Source: Alphaproteobacteria bacterium (GTDB lineage: Bacteria > Pseudomonadota > Alphaproteobacteria > Bin95). From it: a stretch of 64,000 bases of DNA. The notes under the pieces are model-generated. The model did not search any database. It worked only from the letters and a program-made list of their open reading frames with translations, and had not been told where the DNA came from. The DNA lies in contig CBDBGH010000003.1 of NCBI GenBank assembly GCA_965205265.1, positions 2,720,001 to 2,784,000 on the forward strand, read 5' to 3'. Shown piece after piece: positions 9,890 through 19,217 of the stretch (position 1 is its first letter; each line of letters starts with the position of its first letter). Position numbers and translations under genes: made by a program.

Positions 9890-10095
9890 TGCGCGGAGCC
9901 TAGCATACCCCCTCCGTTCGGGGGAGACGCGCGGGGACCGGGACCCGACCCGGCCGATATAGACCGGCATTTGACAGCCCAGGCCGGCTGCGCGAGTGTT
10001 CCGGCGGTGTGACAGGCAGGACTTGCGAGTCGCCGGCGGGCGCGGGCGAGTCCCGTCCTGCCCGCTGACGTTAGCAACCGGGAGGAGGAATTTTC

Positions 10096-11088
10096 ATGAC
10101 CGCAATGCGTCGAGTATTGCCCCTGACGGCCGCGGCTGCGCTGTTGTCGTTCGGCGCCACCGCGCTTTCGGCGGCGGAATGGGATCTGCCGCTGGCCTGG
10201 CCGGACGGCAATTTCCATGTCGAAAACGCCAAGGTGTTTGCCGCCGAGGTCGAGAAGGCGACCGAAGGCCGCGTCAAGATCAACATCCATCCCGGCGGCT
10301 CGCTCGGTTTCAAGGGCCCGGAGATGTTGACCGCGGTCCGCGACGGGCTCGTGCCCATCGGCGACGTGCTGCTGAACCAGCAGGTCGGCGAATCTGCGCT
10401 TGTGGGTATCGAGGCCCAGCCCTATCTGGTCTCCGGCTTCGATGAACTGCGGACCCTGCACGAGCATTTCCGCCCGGTGCTGAACGAGGTCGCGGCCCAG
10501 TTCAACCAGAAGGTGCTCTACATGGTGCCGTGGCCCCGGCAATATGTTTACACGAAGGTGCCGATCGGCAAGCTCGAGGATCTGGCGGGCATCAAGATCC
10601 GCACCTATGACAAGACGACCACCGCGCTGTTCAACGCCATCGGCATGACGGCGGTCCAGCTTCCCTGGGGCGAGGTCGTGCCGTCGCTCGCCGCCGGCAC
10701 CATCGACGCCGTCACCACCTCCGCGAGTTCGGGCGTGGACGGCAAGTTCTGGGAGTTTCTCAAGTTCATGTATCCGACCGCCCATGTCTGGGGTTCGAAC
10801 ATGGTGAACGTCAATCTGGACGCCTGGGCGGCCATCGACGAGAAGGACCGGGCGGCCATCGAGGAGGTCGCCAAGCGGCTCGAGGCCCCGTTCTGGGATG
10901 TCAGCCGCATGGAGGACGAGGCCAAGTCCAAGATCCTGAACGACAACGGCGTCGCGATGGGCGTGGTCACGCCCGAGATGCTCTCGGGCATGCAGAACGC
11001 CACCAAGCCCATGGTCGCCGCCTACATGGAAGCCAATCCGAAGGCCAAGATGGTCATCGAGAACTTCTGGAAGGCTGTCGGACGCTGA
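10096..11088 (+). CDS. dctP: TRAP transporter solute-binding protein
   Basis: Signal peptide, HPGGSLG, GIKIRT, PWGEVVPSL; strong SD GGAGGAGG. Confidence 0.9.
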   Translation: MTAMRRVLPLTAAAALLSFGATALSAAEWDLPLAWPDGNFHVENAKVFAAEVEKATEGRVKINIHPGGSLGFKGPEMLTAVRDGLVPIGDVLLNQQVGESALVGIEAQPYLVSGFDELRTLHEHFRPVLNEVAAQFNQKVLYMVPWPRQYVYTKVPIGKLEDLAGIKIRTYDKTTTALFNAIGMTAVQLPWGEVVPSLAAGTIDAVTTSASSGVDGKFWEFLKFMYPTAHVWGSNMVNVNLDAWAAIDEKDRAAIEEVAKRLEAPFWDVSRMEDEAKSKILNDNGVAMGVVTPEMLSGMQNATKPMVAAYMEANPKAKMVIENFWKAVGR

Positions 11089-11104
11089 ACGACCGTTAGG
11101 CGGC

Positions 11105-11133
11105 GCGGCTCCCCGGTTCCGCCGGGGAGCCGC
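11105..11133 (+). terminator. GC-rich stem-loop after dctP (attenuator or mRNA stabiliser)
   Basis: 12-bp stem GCGGCTCCCCGG / CCGGGGAGCCGC with 5-nt loop; no U tract. Confidence 0.6.
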
Positions 11134-11149
11134 TCGCAGGGAGGGGCCG

Positions 11150-11674
11150 GTGCGGGCAGCGCTGAGTGCCGTGGACAGGGTGTCTCAAGCCGCCGGCGTC
11201 ATTGCCGTGCTGCTCGTGGTCGGCATCGTGATCCTGATTATCGCGGAAGTGATCTGCCGCACGGTCTTCAACATCTCGCTCAGCTTCGCCTGGGAATACA
11301 GTTCCTATTTCCTGGGCACCGCGATCTTCCTCGGCGCCGCCTTCACGCTTCGAACCGGCGGCCAGGTCCGCGTTGCGTTCCTGATCACCAGCCGCAACGC
11401 CCGCGTGGCCTACATGTCCGAACTTCTGGCCACGGTCTTCGGCGTCGCCATCACCTGTTACTTGGCCTATTCCATGATCCTGTTCGCCTGGCAGACTTTC
11501 GTCGCCGGCAGCACCTCGTTCACCGTGGTCGCCGTACCCCTGATCTATCCGACCTCCGGCCTCGCGGTCGGCGCAACGCTCCTGGCCGTCCAGATGATCG
11601 TCCGCCTCATCCGGCTGCTTATCGACGATCCGCCGGACGACCGGGAAGCCATGCGCTCCTACAGCGTCGAGTAA
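11150..11674 (+). CDS. dctQ: TRAP small permease
   Basis: Four TM segments; position between dctP and dctM. Confidence 0.88.
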   Translation: MRAALSAVDRVSQAAGVIAVLLVVGIVILIIAEVICRTVFNISLSFAWEYSSYFLGTAIFLGAAFTLRTGGQVRVAFLITSRNARVAYMSELLATVFGVAITCYLAYSMILFAWQTFVAGSTSFTVVAVPLIYPTSGLAVGATLLAVQMIVRLIRLLIDDPPDDREAMRSYSVE

Positions 11675-11690
11675 CAGGGCCGGGGCGTCC

Positions 11691-12995
11691 ATGACAACCA
11701 CCATTGTCTTCACGGTCCTCGGCCTTCTTGCAGTCACGCTTGCCGCGGGCGTGTGGGTCGCCGTCTCGCTGTTTTCCGTCGGGCTGATCTCGCTCGGCGT
11801 CTTCCGGTCCATGCCGGTGGAGAAGCTGCTCGCCCAGATGATCTGGAACGTCACGACGACGCCGGAACTGCTGGCGCTGCCGATGTTCATCCTGATGGCG
11901 GAAATCCTGTTCCGCACCAAGCTTTCCGAGACGCTGTTCGCCGGCATCACGCCCTGGACGACCCGCCTTCCGGGCCGCCTGCTGCATGTCAATGTGCTCG
12001 GCTGCACGCTCTTCGCCGCGATTTCGGGCTCGTCCGCCGCCACCACGGCCACGGTGGGGCGCATCACGCTCACCGAGCTGTTCCGGCGGGGCTACGACAA
12101 GGACCTGGCGATGGGGTCGCTGGCGGGCGCCGGCACGCTCGGCCTGCTGATCCCGCCGAGCCTGGTGCTGATCGTTTACGGCGTGCTCGCCGAGACCTCG
12201 ATCCTGAAGCTCTTCATCGCCGGCGTCGTTCCGGGCCTGCTGCTGGCGCTCGGCTACATGCTCTACATCGCGGTCAGGACGCTCACCCGGCCTTCCATGG
12301 CGTCGAACGAGGACCTCCATGTCCCGATGGCCGAGCGGCTGGCCGGCCTTCGCCATCTCGGTCCGGTCGTCTTCCTGATCGTCCTCGTTCTGGGCTCCAT
12401 GTACGGCGGTTACGCCAGCCCGTCTGAGGCCGCAGCCGTCGGCGTCGTCGGCGCGCTCATCGTGAGCGCGATGCAGGGCACGCTCACCTTCGGCAATCTG
12501 CGCCAGGCCTGTTTCGGCGCCGTGCGCACCATCTCGATGATCGGCCTGATCGTGGCAGGCGCCTATTTCCTGTCCATCGCCATCGGCTATCTGGGCGTGC
12601 CGCGCATCATCGCCGGCGAGATCGCCGGGCTCGGCCTCTCGCCTTTCGGGCTCATCCTGCTGCTGCTGGTGTTCTATGCCATTCTCGGCTGCGTGCTGGA
12701 GGGCATGTCGAGCATCGTCATGACCTTGCCGATCACCCTTGCGCTGGTCACGCAGGCGGGCTTCGACAAGGTGTGGTTCGGCATTTTCCTGGTGATCGTC
12801 GTCGAGATGGCGCAGATCACGCCGCCGGTCGGCTTCAACCTGTTCGTCATTCAGGGCATGACGGGCGAGAAGATCGGCCGCATCGCCATTGCGACGCTGC
12901 CCTTCTTCTTCATCATGGCAGGCATGGCGCTCCTGATTACGATCTTTCCCGAGATCGTCATGTTCCTGCCCGACAACATCAAGCTGAAGGGCTGA
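11691..12995 (+). CDS. dctM: TRAP large permease
   Basis: FAAISGSSAAT, GTLGLLIPPS, QITPPVGFNLF. Confidence 0.93.
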   Translation: MTTTIVFTVLGLLAVTLAAGVWVAVSLFSVGLISLGVFRSMPVEKLLAQMIWNVTTTPELLALPMFILMAEILFRTKLSETLFAGITPWTTRLPGRLLHVNVLGCTLFAAISGSSAATTATVGRITLTELFRRGYDKDLAMGSLAGAGTLGLLIPPSLVLIVYGVLAETSILKLFIAGVVPGLLLALGYMLYIAVRTLTRPSMASNEDLHVPMAERLAGLRHLGPVVFLIVLVLGSMYGGYASPSEAAAVGVVGALIVSAMQGTLTFGNLRQACFGAVRTISMIGLIVAGAYFLSIAIGYLGVPRIIAGEIAGLGLSPFGLILLLLVFYAILGCVLEGMSSIVMTLPITLALVTQAGFDKVWFGIFLVIVVEMAQITPPVGFNLFVIQGMTGEKIGRIAIATLPFFFIMAGMALLITIFPEIVMFLPDNIKLKG

Positions 12996-13020
12996 ACCGC
13001 CGGTCTCCGGCGATCCCGCT

Positions 13021-13464
13021 TCACTCCGCCGCTGCGGGATGCGGCGCGGTGCGTTCGATCAGCGCCTTCAGCGCCGCCATCGATTCCTCATGCCGGCGCA
13101 AGGCCTCCTCGTCGCGCCGCTTAGCCTCCTCGTCGCGCCGCCGGGCGTCCTCGTCCGCCCTGGCGGCGTCGCGCGCAAAGGCCGTCATCACTTCCTCGTG
13201 GCGGCGCTCGTCGGCTTCGTAGCGCCGGCGCGATTCCTCCCTGGCGGCATCCCGCTCCGCCTTCCAGGCGGCGTGCTCCGCTTGCCGGGTAGCGATCTCG
13301 GCGTCCCGGTCCGCCTTGCGCTGGGCGGAACTCCGGTCCATCGCGCGGATGCCGACCCAGATCACCCCGATCTGGCCGGTGCCGACCAGCAGGCCGACCG
13401 CCACCAACGCCATCGCCGCCAGCGCCGTGGCCGCATTGGGGTGCGCGATTATCCAGTCCAGCAT
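13021..13464 (-). CDS. hypothetical membrane-anchored coiled-coil protein
   Basis: N-terminal hydrophobic segment then heptad-spaced RR(H/D)EE repeats. Confidence 0.6.
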   Translation of the reverse strand: MLDWIIAHPNAATALAAMALVAVGLLVGTGQIGVIWVGIRAMDRSSAQRKADRDAEIATRQAEHAAWKAERDAAREESRRRYEADERRHEEVMTAFARDAARADEDARRRDEEAKRRDEEALRRHEESMAALKALIERTAPHPAAAE

Positions 13465-13522
13465 CCGCCATTCTCCGCCGCCATGCTGACCGGCAGGCTC
13501 CGTCCGGTCAAGCCGCCCGGCT

Positions 13523-15202
13523 TCATGCCGCCCCCTTCCAGCCATAGTCGCTGCGGGCCGCCGCCTCGCTGACGAGTCCGTCCTCCATATCCGCCGCCAC
13601 GGCTTCGCGCGCGCGGCCCCCGGAGGGTCCGTGCCCGCCGCCGCCCGGCGTGTGGACGACGAGCCGTTCGCCGGCGGGAATCGTCTGCGTGCCCTTGCCC
13701 TTCAGCCGGGTTCCCGACGCCAGGAAGACCGCGCCCGGCTCGCCGCCGCCGCCGCCGGCCCGCCCCCGCGCCGGGTTCTCGATGCGCTCGAAGGCCGCCA
13801 GCAACTCCATGTCCCTGCCATTGGCGGCTTCGACCTCGATGGTCTGGCCCGCCCCGCCGCGCCAGGTTCCGGGGCCGGCCGAGTCGATGCGCAGCTCCTT
13901 CCTGCGGAACAGCACCGGCGTCATCGTCTCGACGATCTCCACCGGCGTGCCCTTCACCCCGCTCGGATAGGCCGTGCCGTTCAGGCCGTCCTTCACGCCG
14001 CGCGCGCCGGTGCCCCCGTTGGTGACGGCGGTGAAGGCGAACAGGCTGCGCTCGTTCGAGCCGCGTTCGGCCTCGCCCCGGAAGGTGAGGTTCCAGAGCG
14101 ACGAGGCGCCCTCCGCCGGCACGCGCTCAGGCACCACTTTCTCCAGGCAGCCGAACACGACATCCGGCAGAAGCTGGCCGATGAGATGGCGGGCGCAAAC
14201 GGCCGCCGGATAGGGCGCATTGAGGATGGAGCGTTCCGGGGCCGTCACCCGGAAGGCGGAGAGCGAGCCCGCATTGTTCGGCACGCCCGGCGCGATCGCG
14301 CAGCCGAGCCCGAAGCTGGTGTAGGCGGTGGTGTAGGCGCTCGGCACATTGACGCCGTAGCGCGACATGGGCGAGGTGCCGTCGTAATCGACATGGATGC
14401 CGTCGCCGCCGATCTCGAGCGTGGCGACCAGGTCTATCGGCCGGTCGTAGCCGTCCACGGTCATCGTGTTGCGATACTTGCCCTTCGGCAGTTCGGCGAT
14501 TTCCGCAAGGACGGCGCGGCGGGAGCTGGAGACGATGTATTCGCCGAGCTCGTCCAGGTCCTCCAGGCCGAACTCGTCCATCATCTCGACCAGGCGCACG
14601 CAGCCCACCTCGTTGCAGGCGGCGAGCGAATAGACATCGCCCTCGCACTCCACCGGCTCGCGGGTGTTGCGCCGGACCATCGCCATGAGGGTGTTGTCGA
14701 TCTTTCCCCGGTCGGCGAGCTTCAGCATCGGGATGTAGAGCCCCTCCATATGCACATCGGTCGCGTCCGGGCCGGTGCCGATGCCGCCTATGTCGGTCAG
14801 ATGCGAGGTGCAGGAGAACATGCCGACGATCCGGCCCCGGCGGAAACAGGGCGTTGTCAGCACGAAGTCGTTGAGGTGTCCCGTGCCCAGCCAGGGATCG
14901 TTGGTGATGTAGATGTCGCCCTCGTTCATTTCCGCAATCGGGAAGTGGCGGATGAAGTGCTGCACGGACTCAGCCATCGAATTGACATGGCCCGGCGTGC
15001 CCGTCACCGCCTGGGCCAGCATCCGGCCCTTCAGGTCGAACACGCCGGCCGAAAGGTCTCCGCATTCGCGCACGATGGGGCTGAACGCCGTTCTCAGCAG
15101 CGTCTGCGCCTGCTCCTCGACCACCGAGATCAGGCGGTTCCACATCACCTGCCTGGTTATGACATCGAGTCCGTCTCTCTTCGCCATCGCCCGATCCCTC
15201 AA
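13523..15202 (-). CDS. hydantoinase B / 5-oxoprolinase family protein
   Basis: RTAFSPIVRECGDLS, NDPWLGTGHLND, HLTDIGG, TPGGGG. Confidence 0.92.
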   Translation of the reverse strand: MRDRAMAKRDGLDVITRQVMWNRLISVVEEQAQTLLRTAFSPIVRECGDLSAGVFDLKGRMLAQAVTGTPGHVNSMAESVQHFIRHFPIAEMNEGDIYITNDPWLGTGHLNDFVLTTPCFRRGRIVGMFSCTSHLTDIGGIGTGPDATDVHMEGLYIPMLKLADRGKIDNTLMAMVRRNTREPVECEGDVYSLAACNEVGCVRLVEMMDEFGLEDLDELGEYIVSSSRRAVLAEIAELPKGKYRNTMTVDGYDRPIDLVATLEIGGDGIHVDYDGTSPMSRYGVNVPSAYTTAYTSFGLGCAIAPGVPNNAGSLSAFRVTAPERSILNAPYPAAVCARHLIGQLLPDVVFGCLEKVVPERVPAEGASSLWNLTFRGEAERGSNERSLFAFTAVTNGGTGARGVKDGLNGTAYPSGVKGTPVEIVETMTPVLFRRKELRIDSAGPGTWRGGAGQTIEVEAANGRDMELLAAFERIENPARGRAGGGGGEPGAVFLASGTRLKGKGTQTIPAGERLVVHTPGGGGHGPSGGRAREAVAADMEDGLVSEAAARSDYGWKGAA

Positions 15203-17283
15203 GCCTGTCTTTCCAGCACGATATTGCCCCCCGGCGCGAGCATGGCCCGGAATGTCCGGGAAACGAAGGTCGAAGTCTGCTCTTCGACGATCAGCGCCGG
15301 GCCGTCCAGCCCGTCGCCCGCGGCAAGGTCCGCGCGCCGGTAGAGCGGCACCCGCGCCGCCTCGCCGCTTTCCGTGTCGAACATGCTGCGCCAGGCGGCC
15401 GGTTCCGCCGAAGCCGGCGCAGGCGCCCGGCCGTCGGGGGCGGGCATCGCCTCCTCCGTGGAAACCGTCAGGCCCCAGGACAGCACCTCGACATCGGCGT
15501 CCGGAATGGTCCGCTTGAACAGCCGCTCGTATTCGCGGTCATAGGCCGCCTGCAGGACCCGCCCATCATCGGGCCCGAGATGCTCCGCTTCGACCGCCAC
15601 GGCGATCTCGTGCCCCTGCCCGAGATAGCGCATATAGGCAACGCGGCGCTCGGCGAGCGCCGCGCCGAACGCCCCGGATTCCACGACGGTGCGGGCTTCG
15701 CGGCGCATGTCGGCCATGAGCTCGTTCACGGCGTCCGCATCGAGGGCCGAGAGGCGCATGTTGAGGCTGCGCACGACCTCATAGGCGACCGGGGCCCGGA
15801 GGAAGCCGATGGCGGACCCGACCCCGGCATCGACCGGCACGACGATCCGCCGGATGCCGAGCTTCTCCGCAATCCGGCAGGCATGGAGCGGTGCGGCGCC
15901 GCCGAAGGCGATGATCGTCTGCTCGGCCGCGACCTTGCCCTCCTCGACCGCCAGCACCCGCGCCGCGTTCGACATGTTCTCATCGACGATTTCGACGATG
16001 CCCTGCGCCGCCTGCGACCGGTCGAGCTCCAGCGGCGCGCCGACGCTGCGGCCCACCGCCGCGCCCGAAAGCTCGGGCCGGAGTTCGATGCGCCCGCCGG
16101 CGAAACCCGCCGGGTCGATGCGGCCGAGCACGATGTCGGCGTCGGTAACGGTCGCGTCGGTTCCGCTGCGGTTATATCCCGCCGGTCCGGGCTCCGCGCC
16201 GGCGCTCTCCGGCCCCACGGCAATCCGGCCGAGCCGGTCCACGCGGGCGATGGAGCCGCCGCCCGCGCCGATCTCCACCATCTCGATCACCGGGATGCGG
16301 AGCGGCAGGCCGCTGCCCTTCATGAAGCGGGCCTGGCGGTCGATCTCGAATTCGCGCGCGCGCCTCGGCTCCAGGTTCTCGATGAAGCAGATCTTCGCTG
16401 TGGTGCCGCCCATGTCGAAGGACATGACCTTGTCGAGGCCGGCGCGCGCGGCGATGTCGCGCGCCAGCAGCACCCCGCCGGCCGGCCCGGACTCGACCAG
16501 CCGGACCGGCTGGCGCCGCGCCGTCTCGACGGTCGTGAGGCCGCCGCCGGATGTCATGAGCAGCATCGGGCAGACGATGCCGATCCCGGCCAGCATCCCG
16601 TCCAGACGCGCGAGATAGCCTTCCATCAGCGGGCGGACATAGGCATTCACGCTCGCCGTGGTGAAGCGCTCATATTCCCTGACTTCCGGACATACCTCGG
16701 AGGCCAGCGTCACCGAAAGCTCCGGCAGGGCCTCGCGGAGAATCGTTTCCACCCGCCGCTCATGCACCGGATTGGCGTAGGCGTGGAGGAACCCGACCGC
16801 CACGCTCTCGATCCGCGCGGCGGAGAGCGCCGGGGCGAGCGCCTGCACGGCCTCCTCGTCGAGCGGCACGAGAACGCCGCCCCTGGCATCGACGCGCTCC
16901 GGCACGGTGAAGCGCAGCCGGCGCGGCACGATGGGCTGCACCTTCTCGATCATCAGGTCGTACTGGTCGTACCGGGTCTCGTAGCCGACCTCGAGAATGT
17001 CGCGGAAACCTTCCGTCGTGATGAGCGCGGTGCGCGCGCCGCGCCGTTCGAGCACGGCGTTGGTGGCGAGCGTCGTGCCGTGCAGCACGAGCCCGACATC
17101 GCCGGCCTCAAGGCCCGCCTTGCGCAGCACTTCCCGCAGGGCCTCGATGACGCCCGCTTCCGGCGCGCGCGGCGTGGTCAGCACCTTGGCCGAGGTCCGC
17201 ATCCCGCCGGCTTCCAGCACGACATCCGTGAAGGTCCCGCCGACATCGATGCCGACCCTGCACCGGCTTTCCATCTCACTCAT
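15199..17283 (-). CDS. hydantoinase A / 5-oxoprolinase family protein
   Basis: GIDVGGTFTD, HGTTLATN, ESGPAGG, DMGGTT, GAGGGSIA. Confidence 0.93.
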   Translation of the reverse strand: MSEMESRCRVGIDVGGTFTDVVLEAGGMRTSAKVLTTPRAPEAGVIEALREVLRKAGLEAGDVGLVLHGTTLATNAVLERRGARTALITTEGFRDILEVGYETRYDQYDLMIEKVQPIVPRRLRFTVPERVDARGGVLVPLDEEAVQALAPALSAARIESVAVGFLHAYANPVHERRVETILREALPELSVTLASEVCPEVREYERFTTASVNAYVRPLMEGYLARLDGMLAGIGIVCPMLLMTSGGGLTTVETARRQPVRLVESGPAGGVLLARDIAARAGLDKVMSFDMGGTTAKICFIENLEPRRAREFEIDRQARFMKGSGLPLRIPVIEMVEIGAGGGSIARVDRLGRIAVGPESAGAEPGPAGYNRSGTDATVTDADIVLGRIDPAGFAGGRIELRPELSGAAVGRSVGAPLELDRSQAAQGIVEIVDENMSNAARVLAVEEGKVAAEQTIIAFGGAAPLHACRIAEKLGIRRIVVPVDAGVGSAIGFLRAPVAYEVVRSLNMRLSALDADAVNELMADMRREARTVVESGAFGAALAERRVAYMRYLGQGHEIAVAVEAEHLGPDDGRVLQAAYDREYERLFKRTIPDADVEVLSWGLTVSTEEAMPAPDGRAPAPASAEPAAWRSMFDTESGEAARVPLYRRADLAAGDGLDGPALIVEEQTSTFVSRTFRAMLAPGGNIVLERQA

Positions 17284-17388
17284 AAGGATATGCTTTCGCT
17301 GCCCGATCCTGCCCCGGACTGCGCCGCCCGGACCGCATGACGCCCGCCCAAGGATAGCGCAAGCGGCCCGCTTGCAAACCGCGTGCGC

Positions 17389-18135
17389 TCAGTGGTCGCT
17401 GAACAGGCTGCCGCAGCCGTATATCCGGTCGTCGAATCCGTTCGCGCGGTAGGCGTGCCAGGCGAGCGCGGCGTTGACCGCGACCACCGGCTTGCCGAGC
17501 CAGCCTTCCGCCTCCGCCGCGAGCCGCACCATGGAAAGGTTGGTGCCCACCTGCAGGATTGCATCCACGTCCGGTCCGTCGATCCCGCGCAGCGCGCCGC
17601 GCAACTCGTCCGGCGTCACCGCCGCGATGGCCGTGGCGCTCGGACATTCCAGATCGACGGAGCGGACCACCGGGAAGCCGGACTCCTCGAAATAGCGGAC
17701 GATCTGTTCGCGCATGACCGGCTGGTAGGGAGAGAGCACGGCGATCCGCCGCGCGCCCAGCGCCTCGAGCGCCGCACTGCACGCCTCCCCGCCCGTGGTC
17801 ACGCCGAGCCCGCAAAGCTTGCGGGCGCGTTCGAGGAACGCCGCGCCGCCCTCGCGCCCGCCCCAGAAGGTCGGCGCCGACATGCCCATCACCAGATAGT
17901 CCGGCTCGCAGGTCATCGCGTCGCGGACGGCCGTTTCGAAGGCCCGGTCCACCTGGCCGAGCAGCCGCTCGAAGGCGTCGTCCGAGTCGAGCGCCGGGTT
18001 CTCGAAATACATCCGCCCCGCCTGGAAAGTGACGCCCGGAATGCGGAAGAGATGGTTGAAATCGGCTTCCACCATTGCGTTGGTGGACGGCACGATGACC
18101 GCGATCTTGGCGCGGAATCCGGCGACATCGGGCAT
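17389..18135 (-). CDS. Asp/Glu racemase superfamily protein (maleate isomerase / arylmalonate decarboxylase-like)
   Basis: IVPSTNAMVE, RIAVLSPY, QVGTNL, GKPVVAVN. Confidence 0.8.
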   Translation of the reverse strand: MPDVAGFRAKIAVIVPSTNAMVEADFNHLFRIPGVTFQAGRMYFENPALDSDDAFERLLGQVDRAFETAVRDAMTCEPDYLVMGMSAPTFWGGREGGAAFLERARKLCGLGVTTGGEACSAALEALGARRIAVLSPYQPVMREQIVRYFEESGFPVVRSVDLECPSATAIAAVTPDELRGALRGIDGPDVDAILQVGTNLSMVRLAAEAEGWLGKPVVAVNAALAWHAYRANGFDDRIYGCGSLFSDH

Positions 18136-18315
18136 GGCGGTCGGGGCGCCTCCTCGGCGGGCGGTGCGGCGGTGCGGTTCCGGGCCGGACCATCGCAGGA
18201 AGGCCGGCCTTCCGCCAGCCCGGCGGCATGGCGGCACAATCGTCCATGTATTAAGGTTCCTGCGGAATCGCCGGTCCGGAACGGGGCGGCGCTTCCGTCA
18301 GCGGGAGGAGAGGCG

Positions 18316-19212
18316 ATGTCCGACGGTATCGTTTTCATCGACGGCGAATACATGGCTCCGGAAGACGCCACGATGTCGGTTTTCGATGTCGGGTTCGTCT
18401 GGGGGGATTGTGTTTATGACGTGACCTCCACCTGGAACGGCTGGTTCTTCATGCTCGACGAGCATCTGGAGCGGTTCCAGCGTTCCTGCGAGGGCTTTCG
18501 TCTGGAGAATCCCTACTCCTTCGAGGAAATGCGCCGCATCTGCGCTGAGTGTGTGGAGCGCACGGGGCTCGCAAACACCTATGTGAAGATGCAGGTCTCG
18601 CGCGGCGTGCCGCCGCCCGGCGTCCGGGACCCTCGCGGGCTGAAGCCCATCGTCCTGGTGTACGCCGTGCCCTATGTGTGGATATGGGGCGAGGACAAGT
18701 GCCGCAACGGCGCGACCCTCTATGTAAGCGGCGTCGAGCGGGTGTCGTCGAAGGCCATCGACCAGCGCTTCAAGAACTACAACCGGGCCGACCTCGTACA
18801 GGCGCGCCTCGAGGCCTACGACAATGACTGCGACGACGCCATCCTCGCAGGCCCCGACGGCTTCCTCTCGGAGGGGCCGGGCTTCAACGTCTTCGTCGTG
18901 CAGGACGGCAGGGTGGCGAGCCCCGACTACAATGTGCTGGAAGGCATCACGCGGCGGTCGGTGCGGGAGATCTGCGAGCGCGAGGGCATCCCCTTCGAGC
19001 TGCGCAAGATCCGCCCCGAGGAGCTCGAAGAGGCAGGCGAGGTGTTCACCAGCACCACCGCGGGCGGGGTCATGCCGATTACCGGGGTCAACGGCAAGAC
19101 GGTCGGCAACGGCCATGCCGGCATCGTCACCAGCCGCATCCAGTCGATCTACTGGAGCGAGCGCGCGGCGGGCTGGCACGGCGTCAGGCCGGGCGACATC
19201 CTCGCCGCCTGA
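18316..19212 (+). CDS. fold-type IV PLP aminotransferase
   Basis: HLERF, catalytic Lys in FKNYNRADL, SEGPGFN, LEGITR, TTAGG; start MSDG after SD GGAGGAG. Confidence 0.88.
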   Translation: MSDGIVFIDGEYMAPEDATMSVFDVGFVWGDCVYDVTSTWNGWFFMLDEHLERFQRSCEGFRLENPYSFEEMRRICAECVERTGLANTYVKMQVSRGVPPPGVRDPRGLKPIVLVYAVPYVWIWGEDKCRNGATLYVSGVERVSSKAIDQRFKNYNRADLVQARLEAYDNDCDDAILAGPDGFLSEGPGFNVFVVQDGRVASPDYNVLEGITRRSVREICEREGIPFELRKIRPEELEEAGEVFTSTTAGGVMPITGVNGKTVGNGHAGIVTSRIQSIYWSERAAGWHGVRPGDILAA

Positions 19213-19217
19213 ACGGC

